A stretch of 64,000 nucleotides of DNA from a virus: positions 96,001 through 160,000 of the IMG/VR virus record IMGVR_UViG_3300035137_000026. The stretch is one strand, 5' to 3'. The notes below the pieces were generated by a model. It saw only the letters and a program-made list of their open reading frames with translations, was not told where the DNA came from and ran no database searches. The translations under genes and the position numbers were made by a program. This document shows positions 1 to 9,923 of the stretch, piece by piece; within the stretch, counting starts at the first letter, position 1; the number at the start of each line of letters is the position of its first letter.

Positions 1-2389
1 TCGTAGACAGGTGCTGGCCAAAGAGTTCATGACAGACCCAGCTCACTATCTGAAGATTGATAGACTGATGGGCGATCATATGGCAGATGCAGAATACCGA
101 ATTCAGAAGAACATGGTAGCCTTGGCTAAGAAGTTCAAGTTCTCACCAGAAGAGATGGGACTTACCTTTGGCCTTATGGATGCTAAGAGAGCTGCTGAGC
201 TGGGTATTGCTGCAGAAGTAGAAGCAGCACCTGGTGTCGTCGGTCTATTCAAGGGACGTCTGGGAGATCTGGCATTTGAAGGCGGAGCTGGCGGACTGGG
301 TAAGTTTGAGCAGACAGGCTTCCGTCTCTTGGCTATGAAGGGTGAGGAGGGACAGAGGTTCGCTGCTGAGCTGGCTACTAGAATCCGTGGCAAAGATGAA
401 TTGATTCCTGCTAATCGGATGATGGCTAGTGTGCTCAATGAGATGGAGCTTACAGAACGACTATCTAAGATAGCAGGCAAGGCTCCTATTGACGAGCGTA
501 CTCTAGCTCAGATGACAGCTGGCGACTTACTCAGAGAAGAGGGTCGGTATGTCACTATCGGTCGGAAGATTCAAGCTTTCGGCGGGGCCAAACAAATCTA
601 TATTCCTGGCATTAAGGAAGCTCAGGGAATGATGCTCCCTACTATTACAGACAAGGGACAGAGAATCCCATCTGATATTAGTAGAGGACTAGAGGATTTA
701 CGTGGCTTGGTAGCCAAGGGCGCAGCCCAAGAAGAGATTGAAGATGTAGCTGCTAGACTCAGAACATCTATCGTCCAGCAAACAGAACTACAAGCCTCGG
801 CTACAGGGAAAATCCTTGGAACTCGGTATCTTACAGGTATTCGACAAACTGCTGCTCAGACAGCACAATCTAATGCTGCATTCAGAATCTCTCCTCGCAC
901 AGCCAACAGAATGTTTGAGGACTTGATTGACCGTGCACAAGGCACAGAGCAGAAAGCCTTCCTCAATATGCAGAAACGTAAGCTTCTGGATGAGGGAGAG
1001 CAACTTATAGGTGGTGTGTGGCGTCATCCAACCACAGGACCAGAAAGCTTCCAGTTTGTTCGCTATCAGGTAGACAGAAATCTAGCCGATGAGCTTATTG
1101 CCGCTCCCTACCAAATGGGAGAGATTGTTCTGGGTGGCAAGCGTCATAAGGTAGATGTTTCGGCAATGGTTGGTATGAAGGGCGACTTTGACAAAGATAT
1201 GTTCAATATCGCTGCTATTTCCGACAGAGATACGGTTAAGCGTCTAACAGCCAAGATGAAGAATGAGGTCGCTGAAGGTTATACAGGCTACTTGTTTAAC
1301 CATTACGCTATGAAGGATCTGATTGATCAACGTAAGGGACCGATCAGTGATCTTGTTAACCTAACTAGACAGGAAGCTCTTGAGCAGGGTGCACGCAATC
1401 TGACGACAGCCAAAGTTGCTACTCCACAAGTTAACCTAGCTCTGCAGAAACTCAAGCTTGGCCTGCAATATGCAGCTCCGAAAGAGTATCGTCCTATGGC
1501 TGAGCTGTTCTGGCATCTTGAGGAGGTTGCTATTGGTGGTAAACACGGTGCTCAACAGAGTAGAATGTATCAGGATATTGCTCATGCCGTAAGACAGAGA
1601 GATGCTTCAACCCTCGAAAGTGTTATCAAGACATTAATGGGCGAGAAAGACAAAGTCATCTCGGGTCAGATAACAGGTCCTACAGGAGACCTTGTGCCTC
1701 AGACCATGAAGTATAGCCCAAAGCGGTGGGCTGATCAGGCTATGCAGGCGGCAGTATCTGCTAGTGAGGATGTAGAGATTGCATACAAGTCTGCTCGGGC
1801 AGCTAAGGGTATAGTGCCACAGGATATGTCCACATTGGTTGAGATGTATTATAAGCGTAGAACAGGCTCGTTAGATGTGGCTCAATCTGTAATGCATTCC
1901 AAGTCTTATGGTATGCCAGGATTTACAGAGAGAGCTAATAGAGTATTGCGTCAGGCCGGCACAAAGACTCGAGCTATTCTTGGTGCTCTAAGTAAAGCTA
2001 AGGCTCCAGCTCTTGTTGGAGCAGCAATTGGAGCCGGCATGATGCTGTCTGCTCCTTCTGTGTCGGGCGCACTACAAGCACCCAGAGAAGGCCCTGCTGG
2101 TGGAAGAAATATAAATAACATAGATCTAGGTCCTCCGGCTGGTGTTGGAGTCAATCCTCCACCTCCAAGGATTATGGTATCGCCCAAGGCTTATGATATG
2201 GGTGGAATTAAGATGTCATCTCGTGCTAATATTAGAATGTCTATGCCGGATGCACAGCAGTCTGGTGGAGACTTCATGCGAAACGCTAGAACTTTAGCTA
2301 GTGGCGGAAATGTCAGAGTCCGGACAACAGATGATCGAGAGGCTCTTAGTCCCCACCGATTGGCGAATAAGATACATGAGAGACTGTAA
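1..2389 (+). CDS. C-terminal part of a large virion protein (tape-measure position) with an RNA polymerase beta-prime-like catalytic region; 5'-truncated
   Basis: The frame is open back to the window edge (cgt aga cag gtg). Motifs occur in beta-prime order: RISPRTANRMF, WRHPTTG, MKGDFDKD (1184-1198), GARNL, EEVAIGGKHG. A Gly/Ala-rich hydrophobic segment lies near the C-terminus, and the gene is directly upstream of the hub gene. Confidence 0.65.
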   Translation, partial: RRQVLAKEFMTDPAHYLKIDRLMGDHMADAEYRIQKNMVALAKKFKFSPEEMGLTFGLMDAKRAAELGIAAEVEAAPGVVGLFKGRLGDLAFEGGAGGLGKFEQTGFRLLAMKGEEGQRFAAELATRIRGKDELIPANRMMASVLNEMELTERLSKIAGKAPIDERTLAQMTAGDLLREEGRYVTIGRKIQAFGGAKQIYIPGIKEAQGMMLPTITDKGQRIPSDISRGLEDLRGLVAKGAAQEEIEDVAARLRTSIVQQTELQASATGKILGTRYLTGIRQTAAQTAQSNAAFRISPRTANRMFEDLIDRAQGTEQKAFLNMQKRKLLDEGEQLIGGVWRHPTTGPESFQFVRYQVDRNLADELIAAPYQMGEIVLGGKRHKVDVSAMVGMKGDFDKDMFNIAAISDRDTVKRLTAKMKNEVAEGYTGYLFNHYAMKDLIDQRKGPISDLVNLTRQEALEQGARNLTTAKVATPQVNLALQKLKLGLQYAAPKEYRPMAELFWHLEEVAIGGKHGAQQSRMYQDIAHAVRQRDASTLESVIKTLMGEKDKVISGQITGPTGDLVPQTMKYSPKRWADQAMQAAVSASEDVEIAYKSARAAKGIVPQDMSTLVEMYYKRRTGSLDVAQSVMHSKSYGMPGFTERANRVLRQAGTKTRAILGALSKAKAPALVGAAIGAGMMLSAPSVSGALQAPREGPAGGRNINNIDLGPPAGVGVNPPPPRIMVSPKAYDMGGIKMSSRANIRMSMPDAQQSGGDFMRNARTLASGGNVRVRTTDDREALSPHRLANKIHERL

Positions 2390-2394
2390 AAACT

Positions 2395-5300
2395 ATGCCT
2401 AAAACTATATACGATCAGCTCCCCGAGTACCAAGATCAGACAACAGAGGCTACTCTCCCAGGAGAGAATGGTCAGGATGTGCCCGCAGGTTCAATCTATG
2501 ACCAGCTACCCAATGGTTTTGGAGAGGGGCCTATTCCTGATGAATGGGTTCCAGGAGCAAAACAAGATCGCCAGAAAGCAGCGGATTTCTTCCGTCAGGA
2601 AGTAGATTTCCGTGGCTTTCCAGATGACTTCTTGATCATCAACGATGTTGTTATCTCTGGAATTCCCACCACAGCTGTATCGATTGAATCTAGTAATGAT
2701 GTTGTTGTAGCAGAGACTCTTAGATCTCGCTCGCCAGTGGTGTCTACTAAGGGTACTCAGAGTATCATGGTAAACATCTCTTTGGTGTTTCCTCCAGGAC
2801 AAGAGCAGTCATATAAACTTCGCCGGTTGATTTCAGAGCTACAGCATCATCCGTTACTTTATGTATACAATGGTAAGATTCGCAAGTCCTTAAATATAGT
2901 CGACCCATCTGAGAATACAATCTTTGTTCTCGAGACGGCTACAATGCGTAGTGACTCCGAGCATACTGGTTCAATTATACTAGATATGACTCTACACTAT
3001 TTCAACTATAAGCCATTCTCACACCACTTCTGGTACAACACAGAATTGCCGTGGACTAAGCCAACGAAAGAACAGGCTGGTGATGATACAGAGCCTAATG
3101 AGCTATATCTAGGTGATCTCATAGGATATGAGGCATCATCTCATTCTATGGATAGAGAGTCTGAGAAGATGGCACGTGATTTGTACAATGGCACAATTGC
3201 TTTGTTTGGCGAAAAGCCAAATGCACCAGTCAATATGCCAATGGCTTCTAAGTCCTGGATGTACTATGCCTCGCATATGTATATGAAAACATGGGCTGTC
3301 AAGGAGACTACCAGTGACTACGTAGGTATCCATCTAAGACAGTATGAGTATAGAACACCAGATAGTGATGAGGCTCGGGCGGGTCGTGGTGCTATTAAGG
3401 ATATATTTAGAGAAGTGACCGAGGATGATCTGCCAAAATTCAACTACCATTATAAATCTCAAGTAGATATACCAAAGGAACAGTATGCAGACCTGACTGC
3501 CACTGAGCGACAGGCACATCATGCGATTGACAAAGAACATGCTCCGCCACCCAAACCAACTGGAATAGATTGGCTAGATACCCGCAATGAACTTGTTTCT
3601 ACATATGGTATTTCAGTATTCGCCGTAAAGAATGGTTTAACACCTGGTGTCTTGAGTCCAGTATTAGCTAATGCTGATGGGTCATATCGAAGCTTCCAGA
3701 ATGCCAGCAAGTGTAACATTCACTTTTTTGAAGTTCTGTATCGCAGCGGTTACGAAGTCTCAGTGGTGAAGACTAAATATGGAAAAGGCTATCCACAGAT
3801 TGGTGGTATGCTTCGTCAGATCCGGAGTCCTAGACTTAAGTGGGGTATTCGTATTTCTACTAAGACAAAGTCTCAGATTAATAAGATCATCCAGACTGGT
3901 GTGCCATGTGGTTTGTTAAACAACTTTCACGTTGTTATTCTGACCAAGGTACACGAGGTAGAGCATGCATCAGATGGAAGAATTACTCGTATCAGATTTG
4001 CTGGCTATGATCAAAAGAAGCTTGGCGAATATAAATCTTGGACATGGACAGACAAAAAGACTCCTGGGGGCCTAGAGATTGTACAAGCTATTCCATCTGG
4101 TACGAGACCGCCATATCGTAATCCTCTTGGCCCGATCAAGAAGAAAGATGCGGTTGTTGAATTTGTTAACAAGGTTAATAAGGCCGAGACCAAACAGACT
4201 GGCGGTAAGCAGGACGGCAAGATACTTAAGGACAATAGAAGCGCAACCAAGCGAATGAACTGGATCAAGAAGATATACTTCAACGAAGGCCTTGAATATT
4301 ATACTGATGATCAGAAAGTACGAAACGTATTCTTTAGAGATATTAGCTGTCATGTTTCTAGCGATCCGATTAATGTTGAACTGATTAACAGACAGAATAT
4401 TGTGATTGCAGAAGACATGGTAACATCTGCTGTGTCGGTAACATTCGGCAATCGCCTTGCTAAGCAAAAATTGCTAAGTCAGGATACTCATACATGGCAG
4501 TTCTTGGGTGCCGGCAATAAAACTGGCACCCTAGTCTTCACATTTGCTGGCGATACAGGCCGTAGGTCAGCTGATAATATCAAGAAGATAATCTATGAGT
4601 CTCGTCGCAATGCTAGGAAGTTTGGTTCTGTTATTCCTGATGCTGGCACAATCAAACTATCATGGGAGGCTCCAGATGGTCGGCAATCTCCAAATACAAT
4701 TTTAGCTTTGTTTGCTGGCAGAACAGGTGAGCATCCACAGAAGGATATGAGTGTAATCGTCACTGATTTCTCAGAGCAGAGCGATCCAAATAACTCAGAC
4801 CTGCACCAGCTAGTAGTCAACTTTATTGTTCAGGACTTTGCAGAAGAGAAGCTAGACAGAAATGTCTTTACTTCTCTGGATCAGAAGAAGCGTGTTCTTA
4901 GTGTTATCATGGATAAGTTTGTCTCTTCTGGTTGGGTTACACCCCAAGAAGATTATGAAGATAAAGACAAGCTTGAGGAAGATGGTAGACTTTGGTTTGT
5001 TGCTGCCAATCCAGAATATATTCTTTATCGAGATACCAAGACAGTTCGTGAGGAGTATCTTATACAGAAACACGTAGAGGGTACAGGTGTTGTCGGTGGT
5101 GGTGCTCGCCCATTTAAGATTGTTGGTAATAAAATCCCAGCATGGCTTGCACCTATTATCATTGAAGCTGTGGCTTATACAGTTAGAGCAAACGATAAGC
5201 TTCCGAGATGGGATACTACTATTTTTGATACTTTTGCCGCTGAACGTCACATGAAAGGTTATAGAGACAATAACGAAACCAAGCGATTGCCAGGCCGTTC

Positions 5301-8300
5301 TTCTTCTGGGCCTGCTGGTAATGTGACACATCCTGGTGAAGAGGTTAATGATCGTGAAGCAAACAACAGGCTGGTGGATCAGATCTTTAATGAGTGGAGT
5401 ACTAATATGGATATTGTATTCCAGAAGATCATGCAACATGCTACTGCTTCTGACTTCAAAAATCACTTTGGTGAGATCGGAGACGAACTTGTAGATGCAT
5501 TAGTGTCTCAGATGGGCGAATGCTACGATGATTTGATGCTACCGCCTACACCTGAGTATAACGTACCTCTACCACCAGACTTCTATGTGTATGATGACTC
5601 GCATGAAGATCCGGCGCTATCCACACTGACAGATGATGGCAATATCGAATTGCTTCTGCGACAGCATTTGCGTAACGAGCGCAAGTCTGTAGCTCGCTAT
5701 CTAGAGGACTATACACTCGGTGGCTCTTATATGTCTAGAAACGTAGAGTTCATCAAGTCTACTCGAGATCATTATGTTTCTCAGATGGACAACGAGATAA
5801 AGTTCATTAACTTTAGTCAAATGTTGGCTGAGGGTTGCTCTACTTGGGAGCCAGTATTTTATAGAAATACAGACCCTGTCTACAATGAAGCTACGGTGAA
5901 GAAGTGGACAGATCACGTTCTTAGTAAGGGTGGCGGCTCAGAAGATGAGAGCCGTCAGACCTTTATGGAGAATCTTGTCAAGCTCAGTCCTTATCTAGGT
6001 GGAGAAGCACGACATTGGATGGCAGACAAGGATCAGCCATATAGTGAAGTTGTAAATCAGATCTATGAAGAGAACTGGAAGCGTCTTGCCTTTGGTCCTA
6101 ATCCTGACTATCAGGCTGCTGATACTGTCATGAATGGTAATCCAATTGATCCTCAAGCTGAGGCTTCACGTCAGGCTATTAAGAAGACAGAATCGGAAGA
6201 GCAGGCCGAAGCGCAACAGAATGCTGAGACATATGGGCCGCATCAAACTAAGATGGAAGATGGTTCCATTACATTCGGCCAGAGCCAGAATGAACGAGAC
6301 GCAGCAGGTTCTGGTATCGGCGGAGCCATTATGGAAGCCTTAGGCACGGTTGGATCATTCTTCTTGGCCACAGCAGAGGCCACAAACCCTGTGATTAGTT
6401 TAGCTAGCAAGGGTATCTCGGCTCTCGTGCAGACAATGAATCACGAAGATGTCAAGAATGTATTCAAGGAAGAGAATGAAGACAACGTCCGTTCTAAGAC
6501 TGCAGCATCTACAGCACTTGGTACAAAGTGGAAAGATCTAAGTATTAGACGTGTGTTCCCTACATTTAAGATATACTTCATTGAAGACGACGAATCAGGA
6601 ACAGAGATCTTACAAGGGCGTACAATCAGAGCATTCGATGACTTTTATTCCTACTCGGCTGTACAAGAGATTAGGGTAATTCGCTCTCGCAAGGTAGCTG
6701 CAGACTTGGCTATTATTCGAATTACCAATGTCGGTGGCAAGTTGCTGCGTAGGCGCTTTGGTGAAGAATCGCAGTATGAGAAAGACCAGAAAGCAAAGTT
6801 TGGTATTGAAGCTGAATATGAAACAGGTATTTTTGCTGATACCGAGAAGGAGAACCCATTTGAGAGAATGGTTCTTCAAGATGGTGTGAAAGTTCAGATT
6901 CGTTTGGGATATGCTAGCAATCCGGACCATTTGGAAACCGTATTCCTAGGTAGCATTGTGGAAATGTCACCTCGGGAAGATGGAAAGATCATAGAGCTGG
7001 TGTGTCAAGGATTCGGAGCTGAGCTAGAAGGTGTAGAGTTGGGGCCTCTGGAGGATGGCCCAATCTTCTATTCCTCACAGCAGGTTCTGTCTGGAGCTAT
7101 TATCCAAGATAGTATTGTTAACTTTGGTCGCCGCTCTAGATGGAATAGAACTCCATCGGCTGAGCAGAGACATCAGTTCACCGGTGGTGAAGGAACTGGC
7201 ACTCTTGGGCAGGTAGGGCCAAGTTCAGTACTAAGAGCTTGGGCTGAAGCACGACAAGGTCGCATGAGCTTCAAGTACCCCTTTAGGAACTACCCACAGG
7301 ACGACAACATTTTTGCGCCTCCTCCAGCTCAGTATGCTACTAAGTGGATGAGGTTCTGGAATAATGCTTGTACCTACCGGCCGCTCAAACAGACACCGTG
7401 GCAGGTATTCAAAGAGCACGAGCTTAGACATCCAGGATATATCTCTCTAGCGGTACCATATGGTCACTCGCCTCGTATGACTATGTTCTTCGGAGCTAAG
7501 GGTCAGCACTATTGGAAGGAACCACCTACAGGACTAGAAATGTTCTTAGCTGAGAGTGCAGAGGAAGAGATCATCAGACTGCGTGGACTGAACAAGGCTC
7601 AGCGTAACCAGGCTCAGTTTAGACAGAACCTGGAGAAGATCGCTAAAGAGAATACGGCTTTGGCAAATGCTATTCTGAAGGGTGTCTCTTCATTCTCTCA
7701 TCCACTTGATGTAGGCACGAAGCTTGGTGAGATTTTTGGTCGCTACAGACCATTCAGAAACTATCATTACTTCGATTCTTCGCACCATATCCTTAAGAAC
7801 TCCATCAGCACAAACCGTGATGGTACATTCAATGAGGTTGAAGTTCTATACTTCTCAGATGAGAATGACATTGAAGAAGACGATATTGATGAACTCGTCA
7901 CCAACCTTGAGCAGCTATCTCGAGGCGAAGCTGGCCTGATGGCTTGTCAGCTGGACGAGAATATGCCTGAAGAGTATATCCGCTCTTACAGAGAAGAGTT
8001 CCCCTCTTGTGTGACGGATGACATGGCTAGACGATACGTCCAGGGTCTGTTTGCACGGCTGCTTAGAGACAGCTACAAGGGTGAGCTTATTGTTCTAGGT
8101 GAGCCGACACTCAAGCCATACGATGTATGCTATCTCAATGACTCGAGTATCAACATGACTGGGCCTATTGAAGTAGAGCAGGTAGAACAGATTTTCAATA
8201 GAGATTTCGGGTACATATCAATCATTACACCTGACATGTGTCTTGATATCAATGACTACTACAGCGCAACGACATTTGACCTAACAGCTGCTAGTATGGC

Positions 8301-8673
8301 TTATACATTTGGTCTGGACAACCCCGACACAGCATTATCTTTGGGTATGTTGGCTTCGCCTCTTGGAACCTTAGCTTGGGCTGGTGGCGTAAAGCTGATA
8401 AAACATACACAGGATGGTGTTCCTGTAATAGCTACGCCATTAGTGCTAAATGGCAAGCCTATGATGAGTGTAGCTATGGGACAGAAGAGGGGCTCACTAT
8501 TGCTTAAGTGGCATGGCCAATGGAAGCAGTATAGAGATGATCTGGCAACTGCTTGGAGTAAGTTTGATATTGCTGAGTCGATGTTCCAGGATGGTCTTGA
8601 TCGACAAGAAAGTCTATTTGGCTTCTTTGGAGCTGAGATAGGCGAATCTATACCAACCGCCGAACCTGACTAG
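2395..8673 (+). CDS. Giant baseplate hub / tail-tube-initiator fusion protein with an internal Cys/His peptidase-like domain
   Basis: 2092 aa. The C-terminal third has hub-like features (QEIRVIRSRKVAADLAIIRITN; VKVQIRLGYASNPDHLETVFLGSI; IELVCQGFGAEL). Two tube/Dit-like beta-rich segments are present, plus SKCNIHFFEVL...FHVVIL. It lies upstream of the wedge genes. Confidence 0.6.
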   Translation: MPKTIYDQLPEYQDQTTEATLPGENGQDVPAGSIYDQLPNGFGEGPIPDEWVPGAKQDRQKAADFFRQEVDFRGFPDDFLIINDVVISGIPTTAVSIESSNDVVVAETLRSRSPVVSTKGTQSIMVNISLVFPPGQEQSYKLRRLISELQHHPLLYVYNGKIRKSLNIVDPSENTIFVLETATMRSDSEHTGSIILDMTLHYFNYKPFSHHFWYNTELPWTKPTKEQAGDDTEPNELYLGDLIGYEASSHSMDRESEKMARDLYNGTIALFGEKPNAPVNMPMASKSWMYYASHMYMKTWAVKETTSDYVGIHLRQYEYRTPDSDEARAGRGAIKDIFREVTEDDLPKFNYHYKSQVDIPKEQYADLTATERQAHHAIDKEHAPPPKPTGIDWLDTRNELVSTYGISVFAVKNGLTPGVLSPVLANADGSYRSFQNASKCNIHFFEVLYRSGYEVSVVKTKYGKGYPQIGGMLRQIRSPRLKWGIRISTKTKSQINKIIQTGVPCGLLNNFHVVILTKVHEVEHASDGRITRIRFAGYDQKKLGEYKSWTWTDKKTPGGLEIVQAIPSGTRPPYRNPLGPIKKKDAVVEFVNKVNKAETKQTGGKQDGKILKDNRSATKRMNWIKKIYFNEGLEYYTDDQKVRNVFFRDISCHVSSDPINVELINRQNIVIAEDMVTSAVSVTFGNRLAKQKLLSQDTHTWQFLGAGNKTGTLVFTFAGDTGRRSADNIKKIIYESRRNARKFGSVIPDAGTIKLSWEAPDGRQSPNTILALFAGRTGEHPQKDMSVIVTDFSEQSDPNNSDLHQLVVNFIVQDFAEEKLDRNVFTSLDQKKRVLSVIMDKFVSSGWVTPQEDYEDKDKLEEDGRLWFVAANPEYILYRDTKTVREEYLIQKHVEGTGVVGGGARPFKIVGNKIPAWLAPIIIEAVAYTVRANDKLPRWDTTIFDTFAAERHMKGYRDNNETKRLPGRSSSGPAGNVTHPGEEVNDREANNRLVDQIFNEWSTNMDIVFQKIMQHATASDFKNHFGEIGDELVDALVSQMGECYDDLMLPPTPEYNVPLPPDFYVYDDSHEDPALSTLTDDGNIELLLRQHLRNERKSVARYLEDYTLGGSYMSRNVEFIKSTRDHYVSQMDNEIKFINFSQMLAEGCSTWEPVFYRNTDPVYNEATVKKWTDHVLSKGGGSEDESRQTFMENLVKLSPYLGGEARHWMADKDQPYSEVVNQIYEENWKRLAFGPNPDYQAADTVMNGNPIDPQAEASRQAIKKTESEEQAEAQQNAETYGPHQTKMEDGSITFGQSQNERDAAGSGIGGAIMEALGTVGSFFLATAEATNPVISLASKGISALVQTMNHEDVKNVFKEENEDNVRSKTAASTALGTKWKDLSIRRVFPTFKIYFIEDDESGTEILQGRTIRAFDDFYSYSAVQEIRVIRSRKVAADLAIIRITNVGGKLLRRRFGEESQYEKDQKAKFGIEAEYETGIFADTEKENPFERMVLQDGVKVQIRLGYASNPDHLETVFLGSIVEMSPREDGKIIELVCQGFGAELEGVELGPLEDGPIFYSSQQVLSGAIIQDSIVNFGRRSRWNRTPSAEQRHQFTGGEGTGTLGQVGPSSVLRAWAEARQGRMSFKYPFRNYPQDDNIFAPPPAQYATKWMRFWNNACTYRPLKQTPWQVFKEHELRHPGYISLAVPYGHSPRMTMFFGAKGQHYWKEPPTGLEMFLAESAEEEIIRLRGLNKAQRNQAQFRQNLEKIAKENTALANAILKGVSSFSHPLDVGTKLGEIFGRYRPFRNYHYFDSSHHILKNSISTNRDGTFNEVEVLYFSDENDIEEDDIDELVTNLEQLSRGEAGLMACQLDENMPEEYIRSYREEFPSCVTDDMARRYVQGLFARLLRDSYKGELIVLGEPTLKPYDVCYLNDSSINMTGPIEVEQVEQIFNRDFGYISIITPDMCLDINDYYSATTFDLTAASMAYTFGLDNPDTALSLGMLASPLGTLAWAGGVKLIKHTQDGVPVIATPLVLNGKPMMSVAMGQKRGSLLLKWHGQWKQYRDDLATAWSKFDIAESMFQDGLDRQESLFGFFGAEIGESIPTAEPD

Positions 8674-8682
8674 GAGGACTAG

Positions 8683-9114
8683 ATGCCACGTCGATTTGGA
8701 GGAAATACCCCACTGGGGAGCGAGCTTAACAGTATGGGCAGCCGCCAAGAAGGCCTTCGTGTGGCTCGTCGGCGAGTGAGATATGGTATTATCAAGGATG
8801 TAGTTGGCCGCAAAACACAACAGAGTGTATACGTGGTTATCCTCAACCTGCTGAATCCTGATGGCTCGCCAGCTGGAATCTCAGGTCCTATACCTCTACA
8901 AGAGCATCCTTCAATGATTGCGGCTAATTATGGATCTCCTGACGAGCTTGTTGGGCGCTATGTAGTGAAGGTAGAGTATATGGGTACCTCGGTTAATAGA
9001 GGCGTAGGCACAATCGTTAAGCCTATTACCGATGATAAAGAGATCACAGAACAGACAAATCAGGTCCAGATTACTGGTGCGGCATTCGCTCCACCAGGAA
9101 GCGGTCTGATATAA
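8683..9114 (+). CDS. Putative baseplate spike-associated protein (OB-fold-like)
   Basis: 143 aa with RBS GGAGG; lies between hub and gp25-like gene; function inferred from position. Confidence 0.35.
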   Translation: MPRRFGGNTPLGSELNSMGSRQEGLRVARRRVRYGIIKDVVGRKTQQSVYVVILNLLNPDGSPAGISGPIPLQEHPSMIAANYGSPDELVGRYVVKVEYMGTSVNRGVGTIVKPITDDKEITEQTNQVQITGAAFAPPGSGLI

Positions 9115-9115
9115 T
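9107..9115 (+). promoter_or_regulatory. Possible extended -10 promoter element (TGATATAAT)
   Basis: Exact TGnTATAAT overlapping the stop of the 143-aa gene, 19 nt before the next ATG; may be coincidental. Confidence 0.25.
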
Positions 9116-9133
9116 ACCGACAGGAGTTTTACA

Positions 9134-9472
9134 ATGCCAACAAAAACAATCAAATCAGAACCTGATGGCGAAGCTGGAATCGTTGCTGCTAAGAATGCCG
9201 TAAGGATCAATGGTAACAAAGACAACTATGTGTTGGCTGATGAGCGGGGGGTTACAGTCAATGGACCAGTCAGTTTTGTCAGCGGTTCCGGGCAAATACG
9301 CTTCGGTGGACTCTGGGTAATGCAGAACGAGATGATGCTGTCTCTTCCATCCACCATGGCCACACCAACTCCTGTAATGACCATTAATCCCCCGGTAGGA
9401 CAGCTTGCAGCCATTATGAAAGATGCTGCAGTAATGATGTCTCTGCTGGCTACATTTGCAGGTGGTTTCTAA
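9134..9472 (+). CDS. Putative baseplate spike / puncturing protein
   Basis: 112 aa, short beta-strand repeats then a hydrophobic helix; RBS CAGGAG; positional inference. Confidence 0.35.
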   Translation: MPTKTIKSEPDGEAGIVAAKNAVRINGNKDNYVLADERGVTVNGPVSFVSGSGQIRFGGLWVMQNEMMLSLPSTMATPTPVMTINPPVGQLAAIMKDAAVMMSLLATFAGGF

Positions 9473-9912
9473 TGGCTCAGATTTACGATAAGGTCGATTG
9501 CTTTTGGACCTCTCGAGGCGACATGATGATCGGTGGCAAGGGGGACATCCTCACCACAGAGTTTGATCCACTTCGTTCGCTTGTACAGGAAATTCAGACA
9601 CGCATTGAATCAGATCAGGGAGACTGGGTTGTCTTTCCAGCGACTGGCACCAATCTGCGAGACTATGTCGGAGAAGCAAATAACCCTTATGTAGCTGAAG
9701 CTATTAAGACTAGGATCCACGGAGCACTTACTAGAGACGGCTTCATTAACAACCGTGATATAAACATACAGTATATGCCTATTGATCGTGACAAGTTGCT
9801 TGTTCGGCTCACTATCACAGTGGCACCTACTGCCTTGAACAATAATTCTCAGACATTAACACTGAATTCGATATACAATTATTCAGATAACAATGTATAC
9901 TTTTTTGCATAG
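9472..9912 (+). CDS. Baseplate wedge subunit, gp25/GpW-like
   Basis: SLVQEIQTRIESDQGDWVVFPATGTNLRDYVGE and IKTRIHGALTRD match the gp25-like pattern; directly precedes baseplate J. Confidence 0.75.
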   Translation: MAQIYDKVDCFWTSRGDMMIGGKGDILTTEFDPLRSLVQEIQTRIESDQGDWVVFPATGTNLRDYVGEANNPYVAEAIKTRIHGALTRDGFINNRDINIQYMPIDRDKLLVRLTITVAPTALNNNSQTLTLNSIYNYSDNNVYFFA

Positions 9913-9923
9913 GAGTGTAGTCA

